DNA from: an uncultured Rhodanobacteraceae bacterium
GTDB taxonomy: Bacteria > Pseudomonadota > Gammaproteobacteria > Xanthomonadales > Rhodanobacteraceae
DNA: 55,597 bases
Reading direction: 5' to 3'
Assembly: GCA_964471815.1 (NCBI GenBank)
Contig: CAYYHP010000001.1
Coordinates: 1 to 55,597 of the forward strand
Shown here: piece after piece, positions 41,761-51,703 of the stretch
Layout: each line of letters starts with the position of its first letter
Numbering within the stretch: position 1 is the stretch's first letter
The notes under the pieces: model-generated
Seen by the model: the letters and a program-made list of their open reading frames with translations, nothing else
Database searches by the model: none
What the model was told of the DNA's origin: nothing
Position numbers and translations under genes: made by a program

Positions 41761-42569
41761 CGCGCATCATCGCCATCGCCAACCAGAAGGGCGGGGTCGG
41801 CAAGACCACCACGGCAGTCAATCTCGCCGCGGCACTCGCCGAGACGCGCCGGCGCATCCTGCTCGTGGATCTCGACCCGCAGGGCAATGCGACCATGGCC
41901 TCCGGCGTGGACAAGCGCAGCGCCAAGCCGAACGGCTGCGAGGTGTTGCTCGAGGAGGCGCCGATCGATCGCGCCATCGTCGCCACCGAGGCCGGCTTCG
42001 ACCTGCTGCCGGGCAACGCCGACCTGACTGCGGCCGAATTGAAGCTGATGGACGCGCTGGCCCGCGAGTCGCGCCTGAAGGAGCAGCTCGCCAAGCTCGG
42101 CGACCGCTACCACACGATCCTCATCGACTGCCCGCCGACCCTGCATCTGCTGACGATCAATGCACTCACCGCCGCGCACGGTGTGCTGATTCCGGTGCAG
42201 TGCGAATACTTTGCACTCGAAGGCCTCGCCAGCCTGCACGACACCGTCGAGGCCGTGCGCCGCCGACTCAATCCGCAGCTTGAGATCGAGGGCCTCCTGC
42301 GCACCATGTACGACGTGCGCAACAACCTCGCCAACGAAGTCTCCGCACAGCTCGCCAAGCATTTCGGCGAGAAGGTCCTGCGCTCGGTGATTCCGCGCAA
42401 CATTCGTCTCGCCGAGGCACCGAGCCACGGCAAACCAATCAACCTTTACGACCGCGAATCGCGTGGCGCGATCGCCTACCTCGGTCTCGCCGGCGAGATG
42501 CTGCGCCGCGAACGCGGTGCCGCCGGCATGCCGCCCGCGGCCGCTCAGGAACTCCGTCATGGCAGCTAA
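41757..42569 (+). CDS. parA: Chromosome partitioning ATPase ParA
   Basis: [33 protein letters not shown]. Confidence 0.97.
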   Translation: MTRIIAIANQKGGVGKTTTAVNLAAALAETRRRILLVDLDPQGNATMASGVDKRSAKPNGCEVLLEEAPIDRAIVATEAGFDLLPGNADLTAAELKLMDALARESRLKEQLAKLGDRYHTILIDCPPTLHLLTINALTAAHGVLIPVQCEYFALEGLASLHDTVEAVRRRLNPQLEIEGLLRTMYDVRNNLANEVSAQLAKHFGEKVLRSVIPRNIRLAEAPSHGKPINLYDRESRGAIAYLGLAGEMLRRERGAAGMPPAAAQELRHGS

Positions 42570-43428
42570 GAAACGCGGACTCGGGCGCGGGCTTGATACC
42601 TTGCTCGGCAGCAATGCGGATGACCAGGCCGCCGCCGCGAACGGCAGCGAGGAACTCCGGCACATCGCGGTCGGCCTGATCCAGCCCGGCCGGTACCAGC
42701 CGCGTCAGGTGATGGACCCGGAACGGCTCGAGGAGCTCGCCGCCTCGATCCGCGCGCAGGGCGTGATCGAGCCGGTCGTGGTGCGTGCCGTCGCCGGTGG
42801 GCGCTTCGAGCTGATTGCCGGCGAACGCCGCTGGCGCGCCACGCAGCTCGCCGGCCTCGCCGAAATTCCGGCCCTCGTGCGCGAGGTCGACGACCGCGCG
42901 GTGGTGGCCATCGCGCTGATCGAGAACATCCAGCGCGAGGAACTCACGCCGCTCGAAGAAGCGCAGGCGCTGAAACGCCTGATCGACGAATTCGACCTCA
43001 CCCACCAGCAGGTCGCCGAAGCCGTCGGCCGCTCGCGCGCGGCAGTGTCGAACCTCCTGCGCCTGATGGAGTTGCCGGCCGAGATCAAGACGCTGCTCGA
43101 GCAGCGCCGCCTCGACATGGGCCATGCGCGCGCGCTGCTCACCCTGCCCGAAGCGCTGGCGGTCGGCCTCGCGCGCCAGGCGGCCGAGCACGGCTGGTCG
43201 GTGCGCGAGCTGGAGGAGGCCGCGCGCGCCGCACAGGACACGCCGGCCGCGAAGGCGAAGAAGTCCGCCGCGTCGCGCGACCCGAACGTCGAATCGCTTG
43301 AACGCGACCTCGCCGAACGCCTCGGCGCGCGCGTGGCCATCGCGCACGGCTCCAAGGGGCGCGGCAGGCTGACGATCCACTACCACAGCGTCGACGAGCT
43401 CGAAGGCATCCTCGGCCGGATCCGCTGA
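42559..43428 (+). CDS. parB: Chromosome partitioning protein ParB
   Basis: [41 protein letters not shown]. Confidence 0.97.
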   Translation: MAAKKRGLGRGLDTLLGSNADDQAAAANGSEELRHIAVGLIQPGRYQPRQVMDPERLEELAASIRAQGVIEPVVVRAVAGGRFELIAGERRWRATQLAGLAEIPALVREVDDRAVVAIALIENIQREELTPLEEAQALKRLIDEFDLTHQQVAEAVGRSRAAVSNLLRLMELPAEIKTLLEQRRLDMGHARALLTLPEALAVGLARQAAEHGWSVRELEEAARAAQDTPAAKAKKSAASRDPNVESLERDLAERLGARVAIAHGSKGRGRLTIHYHSVDELEGILGRIR

Positions 43429-43503
43429 TCCGCGCGACCGGCTTGCCGCGGCGTCGGTACGCCGCGTAGAGTCGCCGCCACGGGGGCGCATGGGGAGGGT
43501 CGC

Positions 43504-43962
43504 ATGGTTTCCTACACCCGATTCGCGCAGGCGCTCGGCGCCGTATTCATCACGTTCGTCACGGCCGGCATCGCCGTGGCGGCTACGCCGACCGTCAATG
43601 GCTGTACGCCCGATACGGCGACCGACGGCACCGGCCAGTCGACCGCCACGATCAACTTCGGCGGCGCGCTCGGCTTCAATTACTCACCGAAGTGCCTGCA
43701 CGTGAACTCCGGCACGGCGGTGACCTTCTCCGGTACGTTCGGCTCGCACCCGCTGGTCGGCGGCAGTGTCATCGGCACCACGCCGACACCGGAGGCGGAT
43801 AGCCCGTTTCCCGCCACGAGCAGCGGTTCCTCGGTCACCGTCACGCTGGTCCGCCAGGGCCTGTTCGGCTACTACTGCGGATTCCACGGTGCCGGCGGCA
43901 TGTACGGCGCGGTGCTGGTCGGCGCGGAAACCGTATTCGCGGGCAATTTCGACGGCCCCTGA
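43504..43962 (+). CDS. Secreted plastocyanin-like blue copper protein (paralog 1)
   Basis: Signal; type-1 Cu ligands GSHPL...YYCGFHGAGGM; end ETVFAGNFDGP. Confidence 0.85.
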   Translation: MVSYTRFAQALGAVFITFVTAGIAVAATPTVNGCTPDTATDGTGQSTATINFGGALGFNYSPKCLHVNSGTAVTFSGTFGSHPLVGGSVIGTTPTPEADSPFPATSSGSSVTVTLVRQGLFGYYCGFHGAGGMYGAVLVGAETVFAGNFDGP

Positions 43963-44203
43963 TGCCGGGCTGCACACCGGTGAGGATCGTGTTCGGGATG
44001 ACCGGACCGGTGGAATTCCTCGCGTGATCCCGGCCCTGCCGGATGATTGGCGAGGGCTTCTCGCCGGCCGCGCGCCATGCCGCCTTCCCCCAGACGGGGG
44101 ACGCCAGGCCGAACGCTGACGGAACGGATGGCAAACCGCAGTTGCCGGCCTGTCCGGGCCAGGCCTAAAGTCAGTCGCGGGGGCATTCACGGAGGAATGT
44201 CAC

Positions 44204-44647
44204 ATGCCGTCCCTTGCCCGGTTTTCCCTGCGCCTCGCCCTACTGCTCGCGCTGCTGAATGCGTTCGACGCCCGTGCCGGCGTGCCGATGGTCAATGGCT
44301 GCAGCCCGGCCGGCACCTCCGACGCGACTGGCCAGAACAACCTCACGGTCACGTTCACCTTCAGCTACACGCCGAACTGCGTGAAGATCGATCCCGGCAC
44401 GGCGGTGACCTTCTCCGGCTCGTTCGGCACACACCCGCTGCAGGGCGGCGTGGTGGTCTCGGGAATGGAATTCCCCGATGCGACGAGCCCGATCCCGTCG
44501 GTCAGCAGCGGCACGAGCAAGACGTTCACGCTGACTCGCCAAGGCCTGTTCGGCTACTACTGCATTCCGCACGGCACCTTCGGCATGTACGGTGCGATCC
44601 TGGTCGGCGAGGAGACGGTTTTCACGAACTCGTTCGACGGGCCCTGA
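44204..44647 (+). CDS. Secreted plastocyanin-like blue copper protein (paralog 2)
   Basis: GGAGG RBS; signal; GTHPL...YYCIPHGTFGM; end ETVFTNSFDGP. Confidence 0.85.
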   Translation: MPSLARFSLRLALLLALLNAFDARAGVPMVNGCSPAGTSDATGQNNLTVTFTFSYTPNCVKIDPGTAVTFSGSFGTHPLQGGVVVSGMEFPDATSPIPSVSSGTSKTFTLTRQGLFGYYCIPHGTFGMYGAILVGEETVFTNSFDGP

Positions 44648-44786
44648 GACCCAGGATCCGCCGCGATCCGGGCGCACGCCGCCCGTCGATCACGGTCAGC
44701 CGGTAGACTTGCGGTTTCGGCCTCCGCGGCGGAGGCCCTCGCCGGGTGCTGGAAAGCGTCCGGCGTCAGCCTGCCAGGAAACCGCG

Positions 44787-45761
44787 ATGACCGTACTCGT
44801 CACCGGCGCTGCCGGCTTCATCGGCGCCTACGTCGCCCGTGCCCTGCTCGCTCGCGGCGAGCAGGTGGTCGGCGCGGACAATTTCACTGACTACTACGAC
44901 CCGCAGTTGAAGTGCGACCGCATCGCCGCGCTGTGCCCGACGCTCGATCTGCGCCGCCTCGACGTGGCCGACAAGCCGGCGCTCGACGCGTTGTTTGCCG
45001 AGCTTCGGCCGGAGGCCGTGATCCACCTCGCCGCGCAGGCCGGCGTGCGCTACTCGCTCGAGAATCCGTACGCCTACCTGCACAGCAACTGGATCGGCTT
45101 CCTCAACGTGCTCGAAGCCTGCCGCGCACATCGGCCGCGGCATCTGGTGTACGCCTCGTCGTCGTCGGTGTACGGCGCGAGCGCGGTGCCGCCATTCTCG
45201 GAAGATCAGGCCGTCGACCGGCCGCTGTCGCTGTACGCTGCGTCGAAGGCCTCGAACGAGCTGATGGCGCATTGCTACGCGCATCTCTACCGGATTCCCG
45301 CGACCGGTCTGCGCTTCTTCACGGTGTACGGGCCTTGGGGCCGGCCGGACATGGCGCCGCTCCTGTTCTCGCGCGCGATCCTCGCCGGGCGGCCGATCCA
45401 GGTGTTCAACGGCGGGCACATGCGTCGCGACTTCACCTTCGTCGACGACATCGTCGCCGGCGTGCTCGCCGCACTCGACCGCCCACCGGTCGATGGCGGC
45501 AGCGCGCCGCCGTGTGCGGTGTACAACCTCGGCAATCACCGGCCCGAAGCGCTCGAGCACTTCATCGAGATCATCGAACAGGCCGCCGGCCGCAAGGCCG
45601 AGCGCATCTACAAGCCGCTGCAGCCGGGCGACATGGTCGAGACCAGTGCCTCGATCGAGCATGTCAACGCGGCACTCGGCTTCGTGCCGACCACGCCGAT
45701 CGAAGTCGGCTTGCCGAAAGTCGTGGACTGGTGTCGCGACTACTTCGGCGACAAGCTCTAA
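44787..45761 (+). CDS. NAD-dependent epimerase (UDP-glucuronate 4-epimerase-like)
   Basis: TGAAGFIG, HLAAQAGVRYS, YAASK, FFTVYGPWGRPDMA. Confidence 0.93.
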   Translation: MTVLVTGAAGFIGAYVARALLARGEQVVGADNFTDYYDPQLKCDRIAALCPTLDLRRLDVADKPALDALFAELRPEAVIHLAAQAGVRYSLENPYAYLHSNWIGFLNVLEACRAHRPRHLVYASSSSVYGASAVPPFSEDQAVDRPLSLYAASKASNELMAHCYAHLYRIPATGLRFFTVYGPWGRPDMAPLLFSRAILAGRPIQVFNGGHMRRDFTFVDDIVAGVLAALDRPPVDGGSAPPCAVYNLGNHRPEALEHFIEIIEQAAGRKAERIYKPLQPGDMVETSASIEHVNAALGFVPTTPIEVGLPKVVDWCRDYFGDKL

Positions 45762-45804
45762 CCTGAAGCGGCGATAATTGCCCATCCCCGCCGGAATCCG
45801 CGCC

Positions 45805-46521
45805 ATGCCTCAGTTGTCGGTCGTCGTGCCCGTGTTCAACGAGCGCGACAACATCCCGCCGCTCGTCGCCGAGATCACCGCCGCGCTGCGCGGTCACATC
45901 GACTTCGAGATCGTCTACGTCAACGACGCGAGCCGCGACGACTCGCTCGCCGTGCTCGAGCAACTGAAGGCGGCTGTGCCCGAACTGCGCGTGCTGAGCC
46001 ACGTCACGCAGAGCGGCCAGAGCACGGCCGTGCGTACCGGCGTGAAGGCCGCGCGGGGCACGTGGATCGCCACGCTCGATGGCGATGGCCAGAACGATCC
46101 GGCGGATATCCCGAAACTGCTCGCCGCCCGCGATGCGGGCCCGGCCGACGTGCGGCTCTATGCGGGCTGGCGCGTGAACCGGCAGGACAGCGGCAGCAAG
46201 CGCTGGGCCTCGAAGATCGCCAACGCGATCCGCTCACGCCTGTTGCGCGATGCCACGCCGGATACTGGCTGCGGCATCAAGCTGTTCGAGCGCGAGGCCT
46301 TCCTCGACCTGCCGTATTTCGACCACATGCACCGTTACCTGCCGGCGCTGATGCAGCGCGCCGGCTGGAAGACGGTGAGCGTGCCGGTCAATCACCGGCC
46401 GCGTGGCGCGGGCGTGTCGAAGTACAACAACCTCAACCGCGCCCTGGTCGGCATTGCCGATCTGCGCGGCGTGGCCTGGCTGATCCGGCGCGCCAAGCGC
46501 ACGGCGGTCGAGGAGCACTGA
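45805..46521 (+). CDS. GT2 glycosyltransferase (polyprenol-phosphate glycosyltransferase-like)
   Basis: SVVVPVFNE, NDASRD, LDGDGQNDP, DTGCGIK. Confidence 0.93.
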   Translation: MPQLSVVVPVFNERDNIPPLVAEITAALRGHIDFEIVYVNDASRDDSLAVLEQLKAAVPELRVLSHVTQSGQSTAVRTGVKAARGTWIATLDGDGQNDPADIPKLLAARDAGPADVRLYAGWRVNRQDSGSKRWASKIANAIRSRLLRDATPDTGCGIKLFEREAFLDLPYFDHMHRYLPALMQRAGWKTVSVPVNHRPRGAGVSKYNNLNRALVGIADLRGVAWLIRRAKRTAVEEH

Positions 46522-46551
46522 GCGCGAGGTACTCCGGCCGGCGACGCGGGA

Positions 46552-46995
46552 TCAGCCGCGACCCTTGACCACCGGCAGATCGGCCTGGCGCCAGGCGGCC
46601 ATGCCGCCGCCGAGGACGTAGACGCGGCTGAAGCCCGCCTTCAGCAGACGCTTGGCTGCGGTGCGTGCGGTCACGCCGCTGCGGCAGATGATCGCCACGG
46701 GCAGATCCTTCGCCTTGGCGAGATCCTTGTTCTCCGGATCGAACTGGCTCATCGCGACATGCCTCGCGCCGGCGATGTGGCCCTTCTCGTAGTCGGCGAG
46801 CGGCGAGATGTCGACGAGCAGCGCGTTCTCGCGGTTGATCAACTGGGTCAGCGCCGCGGGCGTGAGTTCCTTGAGGCCGCTGAACAGCCGCGCGATCTCG
46901 CCGCCGATCAGCACCACCAGCACGGCGACGAAGGCCATCACCAGAAACACGTGATGGGCGATGAACTCGGGCAGGCGCTGCAGGAAATCGGACAT
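46552..46995 (-). CDS. Rhodanese-like membrane protein (YibN-like)
   Basis: N-terminal TM; GHIAGA, ICRSG, LGGGMAAW. Confidence 0.9.
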   Translation of the reverse strand: MSDFLQRLPEFIAHHVFLVMAFVAVLVVLIGGEIARLFSGLKELTPAALTQLINRENALLVDISPLADYEKGHIAGARHVAMSQFDPENKDLAKAKDLPVAIICRSGVTARTAAKRLLKAGFSRVYVLGGGMAAWRQADLPVVKGRG

Positions 46996-47289
46996 GGCTG
47001 GGCTCGGGCGCCGCAAGGAGAAGGGCGCGGATTATCCGCGAGCGCCGGCGCCGGCAAAAGCCCGCCCGCGACGCGCCCGCCCGCCCTGCACCGCGACGCC
47101 CGGCCATGGCGTCTCGAAACCGTCGGCGGAAAGGATGTCCGGGACGGGTTCGCATGGGCCGATGCCGCCGCGTCCCGCGGGTCCGTGCGGCCAACCCGCC
47201 AGGCTGCTCCGCTGCGTCGGCGGATGCCGGGCGGCGATCCTCTCCGAGCCGTGTGCAGACGTGGCCGAATGTCCGCGTCCGCGATGGGC

Positions 47290-47706
47290 TCAGTCGTGGC
47301 GGGTGATGTCGGGCAGGCCGGACGTCAGCCACCAGCGCTGCGCCTTGGCATCCCAGCGCCAGGTCTGGTGATCGAGCAGGCGGCGCTCGCCGAGCGTGTG
47401 CTCGTTGACGATGCCGATCTCGACGAGCTTGTGCGCCTCGTTTTCGCCGGTTATCTGCACGGGCTGATCGTGGTAGTAGCTCACGCGCACCTGGCGGTAG
47501 CGCTCGAGATCAAGGCGGCTCGGCGGGTGTGCGGCCAGCTCGGCCGGATCGACGAAGGCCAGCGCCTGCTCGAAGCCGCCCCAGCGGACCGCCGTGGCAT
47601 AGTCGAGCAGGGTCTGGTCGAGCGCGCGCCGCGTCTTGCCCTGCGTGGCGCAGGCGGCGAGCAGTGCACACAGGATCGGCAGGACGAGGGCAAGCGCACG
47701 GCGCAT
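47290..47706 (-). CDS. Hypothetical lipoprotein
   Basis: Lipobox LLAAC after a hydrophobic signal; YATAVRWG; C-terminal WWLTSGLP. Confidence 0.8.
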   Translation of the reverse strand: MRRALALVLPILCALLAACATQGKTRRALDQTLLDYATAVRWGGFEQALAFVDPAELAAHPPSRLDLERYRQVRVSYYHDQPVQITGENEAHKLVEIGIVNEHTLGERRLLDHQTWRWDAKAQRWWLTSGLPDITRHD

Positions 47707-47972
47707 GGCGGGATCTCCGGGTGGCGTCGGCGGCGATTCTGCCGCAAGCCGCCCGCGCACCGCTCGAGCGGTCGATGAGGCAGCGGCTCCCTGCGCTCGA
47801 TCCGCCGTACCCTGCGGTGTCGGCTCGCCGTTTATGCACGCTCCGGCACGTGCCGTCTCGATCCAGCGGCGCACGCCGGGCCTGTGTACGTTCTCCAGCC
47901 AACGCGGGCGCGATCGACAGGCGCGCAGCCCCTCCGCGGGCCGCGCCATCGGCGCTGTTTCCCGGCAGCCCG

Positions 47973-48437
47973 CTAATGCGCGCAGCGCAGGGCGACGTAG
48001 CGGCCCTCGAGCGTCGTCGCCGGGGCGCCCTCGGGCGTGCGCACGACGGCCCGCACACGCAGGCGCGCCTTGCCGCGCGTGGCGAGCGATGCGAAGAACG
48101 CATCCCAGCTCTCGCCCTCGGCCGGCTCGGCGCGTGCCGTGAAATCGCCCCAGATCGGGACGAGGTAATCGACGTGGGAGTCCTGCACGTAGACGTCGCA
48201 ATCGGCATCGGCCTCGCGCAGGCGCAGCATGATCAATGCCCAGCCGGCGAGCGTCAGCAGGCTGGCGAGGCTGCCGCCGAACGCGCAGCCCTTGTCGTTG
48301 ACGTTCGGCGCGAGCGGCGCGCCGAGCGTGATGCTATCCCCGTCGAACGCGGTGATCGCGAGACCGAGCGCGCGGGCCATCGGGATCTCGGCATGGAGTT
48401 CCCGCTCGAGGCGGGCGGCAGCAGCAGGCAGGCTCAT
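47973..48437 (-). CDS. YiiD C-terminal thioesterase-domain protein
   Basis: IPMARALG, APLAPNVNDKGCAFGGSL. Confidence 0.88.
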   Translation of the reverse strand: MSLPAAAARLERELHAEIPMARALGLAITAFDGDSITLGAPLAPNVNDKGCAFGGSLASLLTLAGWALIMLRLREADADCDVYVQDSHVDYLVPIWGDFTARAEPAEGESWDAFFASLATRGKARLRVRAVVRTPEGAPATTLEGRYVALRCAH

Positions 48438-48515
48438 GCGGGGACGGCGTGACGGAAAGCGCCGCACCTTGCCACGTCGCTTGGGGGGCGACAAGCGCGG
48501 CGTTAGCATCACCGC

Positions 48516-49313
48516 ATGTCGCCCGCCGCCGATGCCGCCCATGCCCCGCTCGCTGGCGCGAGCGTGATCCTGACCCGACCCGCCGGCAGCGCCTCCGCGC
48601 TGGCGCGCCAGGTCCGTGCGCGAGGCGGCCAGCCGGTCCTGCTGCCCGGGCTGAGCCTGCGCGGTCCGGCGGATGCGGATGCCGCCTCGCGCGCCCTGGA
48701 TGCCGCACGCGGCGCCGAGCGCGTGGTCTTCGTCAGTCCAGCCGCCGTGCGCGCCGCCTGGCGGCTGTGCCCCGAGCTGCGCTTCGCGCCCGCCGCGCAG
48801 ATCGCCGCCGTTGGAACGGGCACGGCCCGCGCGCTCGCCCGGCGCGGCGTGCGAGACGTGCTCGTCCCGGCCGCACAACAGAACAGCGACGGCCTGCTCG
48901 CCCTGCCCGAGTTTGCCGATCTGCGCGGCTGCCGCGTGGCGCTGGTCGGTGCGCCGGGTGGACGCGACACGCTGCCTGTGACGCTCCGCGAACGCGGCGC
49001 GCGCCTCGAGCGCATCGAGGTCTACCGCCGCGCACCGCCGCACTGGACGCGCCGCCATCTTGCGGCGCTCGACGTGGCACCGAAGCCATGGCTATTGCTC
49101 ATATCGAGCGCCGAGGCGCTCGGCCATCTCGTTGCACGCCTGCCGGCTGGTCTGCTCGCCGCGCTGCGCGAGGCCGACACGATCGTCAGCAGCCCGCGGC
49201 TCGCGGCGCTCGCCACCGGGCAGGGTTTCGCGCATGTCCACGGCGCCGCCTCGGCGCTGCCTGCGGCGCTGCTCGAGGCTGCTGCACACGCGCTTGGGAG
49301 GCATCGCCTGTGA
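48516..49313 (+). CDS. hemD: Uroporphyrinogen-III synthase
   Basis: ILTRP, FVSPAAV, AVGTGTA, SDGLL, VYRR. Confidence 0.92.
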   Translation: MSPAADAAHAPLAGASVILTRPAGSASALARQVRARGGQPVLLPGLSLRGPADADAASRALDAARGAERVVFVSPAAVRAAWRLCPELRFAPAAQIAAVGTGTARALARRGVRDVLVPAAQQNSDGLLALPEFADLRGCRVALVGAPGGRDTLPVTLRERGARLERIEVYRRAPPHWTRRHLAALDVAPKPWLLLISSAEALGHLVARLPAGLLAALREADTIVSSPRLAALATGQGFAHVHGAASALPAALLEAAAHALGRHRL

Positions 49314-49369
49314 AGCGCATCGCAACGTGCCGGGTGTCGCGCGTGGCGCATCCGGGCTAGCATTGTGGA

Positions 49370-50434
49370 ATGGACATGGAAACGCCCAAACCCGTCGCAC
49401 CGGCCGTGCCGCCCGCCGCTCCCGCACCGCGCTCGGCCACCGGCTGGCTCGCCCTCGTACTCGCCCTGATCGCGCTCGCGCTCGGCGGCGTGGCGCTCTG
49501 GCTCAGACTCGCCCACGAATCCGCGCGCGGCGAAGCCGATGCGGCGTTCGCCGGCCTGCGCGTCGAGGTCGAAGGGCTCGGCCGGCGGCTCGATCAATCG
49601 AACCGCGAGCGCGAGGCGCTGCGTCTGCGGCTCGAGGATGCCGAAGGCGTGAACAAGTCGCTGCGCGAGGAACTGCTCGGCGTCAGCGAGCGTGCGCGGG
49701 TGCTCGAGGATGCGGTCGCCAACCTGGCCGAGAAGCGCTTGTCGGGCCACGACGCGCTGCTGCTCGACGAGGCCGAGCTGGTTCTACTTGCCGCGCGCGA
49801 GCGCTACACGCTGTTCCGCGATGCGGAAAGCGCGCTCGGCGCGTATGCGGTGGCCGATGCGGCACTCGCCGATGTCGAGGACCCGGCTTTCGCCACGGTG
49901 CGCGAGACGCTCGCAGTTGAGCAGCGCGCGCTGACCGCCGCGGCGCGCACCCCGCCGGCCGCTGGCGTGGCGGCCCTCGAAGCCCTGCGCGAGCGGCTTG
50001 CCGAAATGTCCGACCGTACGCCGGCCGGTGCACGCGCCGACGGCGAGGATCCCGCTGCGCAATCGCGCCTGTGGCAGGTGCTCGGCCGCTTCGTGCGGAT
50101 CAGCCGCGACAACGCCACGCCCGAGGCCTATGCGCCCGGCCTGGCACGGCTGCTGATCGCACTCGACCTGCGCCAGGCCGAGGCCGCCCTGCTCGACCGC
50201 GATCCGGTCGTCTACTCGGCCGCCCTGGCGCGCGCACGCGGCGCGATCGAGATGCGCTTCGACCGCGGCGCCGCACCGACCGCGGCCGTGCTCGCCGAGA
50301 TCGACCGGCTCGCCGCCCAGCTTCCGGCCGAAACCGACGTGCCGCTCGGCGCGGCGCTCACGGAGCTGCGCAACCTGCGCTCGACTCATCGCCTGCGCGG
50401 CACACGGCCCGCTCCGGGCGGCGACAAGTCATGA
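49370..50434 (+). CDS. hemX: HemX-family membrane protein
   Basis: N-terminal TM plus coiled coil; LDEAELVL; between hemD and hemY. Confidence 0.85.
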   Translation: MDMETPKPVAPAVPPAAPAPRSATGWLALVLALIALALGGVALWLRLAHESARGEADAAFAGLRVEVEGLGRRLDQSNREREALRLRLEDAEGVNKSLREELLGVSERARVLEDAVANLAEKRLSGHDALLLDEAELVLLAARERYTLFRDAESALGAYAVADAALADVEDPAFATVRETLAVEQRALTAAARTPPAAGVAALEALRERLAEMSDRTPAGARADGEDPAAQSRLWQVLGRFVRISRDNATPEAYAPGLARLLIALDLRQAEAALLDRDPVVYSAALARARGAIEMRFDRGAAPTAAVLAEIDRLAAQLPAETDVPLGAALTELRNLRSTHRLRGTRPAPGGDKS

Positions 50435-51687
50435 GGACCTGGCTCGTCCTCCTGCTGTTCGGCACGCTCGCGGTCGCCACCGCGTTCGGCTGGCAGGCAC
50501 TCGCGTCCGATCCGGGTTATGTGCTGATCGCGCTGCGTGGCGTCCGCATCGAAACCTCGCTGGTGTTCGCCGTACTGGCCGTGCTGGGCGCCGCACTAAT
50601 CCTCGCCCTGCTCTGGCGGCTCGTGCGCTGGCCGCTGCGCTCGTGGGCGCGGCGCACCCGGCGGCGCAGCCGCGAGCGCATCGCGCGCGGCCTGATCGCG
50701 CTGTACGAGGGGCGCTATGCGCGCGCCATCCGCGAGCTCGAGAAGGCCACCCACTATGCCGAACTGCGTGCACCGGCGGAACTGGTCATGGCCCGCGCCG
50801 CGCTCGCGCTCGGCGATGTCGCGTGCGTCAACGCCGCGCTCGACGCGGCGGCCGAGCAGGCCGATGCAGCGACGCTGGCCCTGCGTGCGCGCCTCCTGCG
50901 CGAGCAGGACCAGGCCGAGGCGGCATTCCGCCTGCTGCAGCCGGGCGCGGACGCCGGCACGCTGCCACCGCTCGCCTGGGTCGACTACGCCGAGACCGCG
51001 CTCGCCGTCGGCAATCCGGAAGCGGCACGCGCCGCGCTCGTGCCGCTGGCGCGCGCCCGAGCACTCACGCCTGAACGCTACGCCGCACTCGAGGTGCGAG
51101 TGCTCGGCGCGGCGCTGCTCGCGCAGCGTGATGCCGACAGTCTCGATGCGCTGTGGGCTTCGCTGAGCCGCGCGCAGCGGCGCCTGCCGGTTACGCTGGC
51201 GGCCTATGCGCGCCGCGGCGCCGCGCTGGGCCGCCCGCTGCCGGGCATCAGCGAGATCGAGCGCGCGCTGCGTCACGAATGGCAGCCGGATCTGGTACGT
51301 CTGTGGGGCGAACTCGGCGAGGCCGAGGCGAACCTGCGCCTGCGCAGCGCCGAGGGCTGGCTGAAGGCGCATGCCGAGGATCCGGTCCTGCTCACCACGC
51401 TCGGCCGGCTGTGCGTGACGCTGGGCCTGTGGGGCAAGGCGCAGGAATATCTCGTGCGCGCCCTGGCCTACGCGCCGGACGCGGCGGTCTGGGAGGCACT
51501 CGGCGATGCCGCACGCGGGGCGGGCGATCCGGCGCGGGCCGCGCAGTGCTATGCGAACGCGCTCGCCGCGCTGCGCGGCGCCGACGTGACCGCACCCGAT
51601 CTGCCGGCGCCGACGACACCCGAGGTCACGCTCGTCGCCGACGAACGCGACGAACACGGCATGCCGCGCCTGGCGGCCCCGCGCTGA
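50431..51687 (+). CDS. hemY: HemY N-terminal domain/TPR protein
   Basis: DPGYVLI, IETSL, ALYEGRY, TLGRLC...LWGKA. Confidence 0.88.
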   Translation: MRTWLVLLLFGTLAVATAFGWQALASDPGYVLIALRGVRIETSLVFAVLAVLGAALILALLWRLVRWPLRSWARRTRRRSRERIARGLIALYEGRYARAIRELEKATHYAELRAPAELVMARAALALGDVACVNAALDAAAEQADAATLALRARLLREQDQAEAAFRLLQPGADAGTLPPLAWVDYAETALAVGNPEAARAALVPLARARALTPERYAALEVRVLGAALLAQRDADSLDALWASLSRAQRRLPVTLAAYARRGAALGRPLPGISEIERALRHEWQPDLVRLWGELGEAEANLRLRSAEGWLKAHAEDPVLLTTLGRLCVTLGLWGKAQEYLVRALAYAPDAAVWEALGDAARGAGDPARAAQCYANALAALRGADVTAPDLPAPTTPEVTLVADERDEHGMPRLAAPR

Positions 51688-51703
51688 CCGCGGCGCGCGA
51701 CAC

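Noticed and set aside
44128-44190. c-di-GMP-I riboswitch (GGCAAACC ... GGCCTAAA) upstream of cupredoxin 2
   Set aside because: Lacks the GNRA tetraloop stem and the GACGCAAAGC core; an Infernal search against RF01051 would settle it
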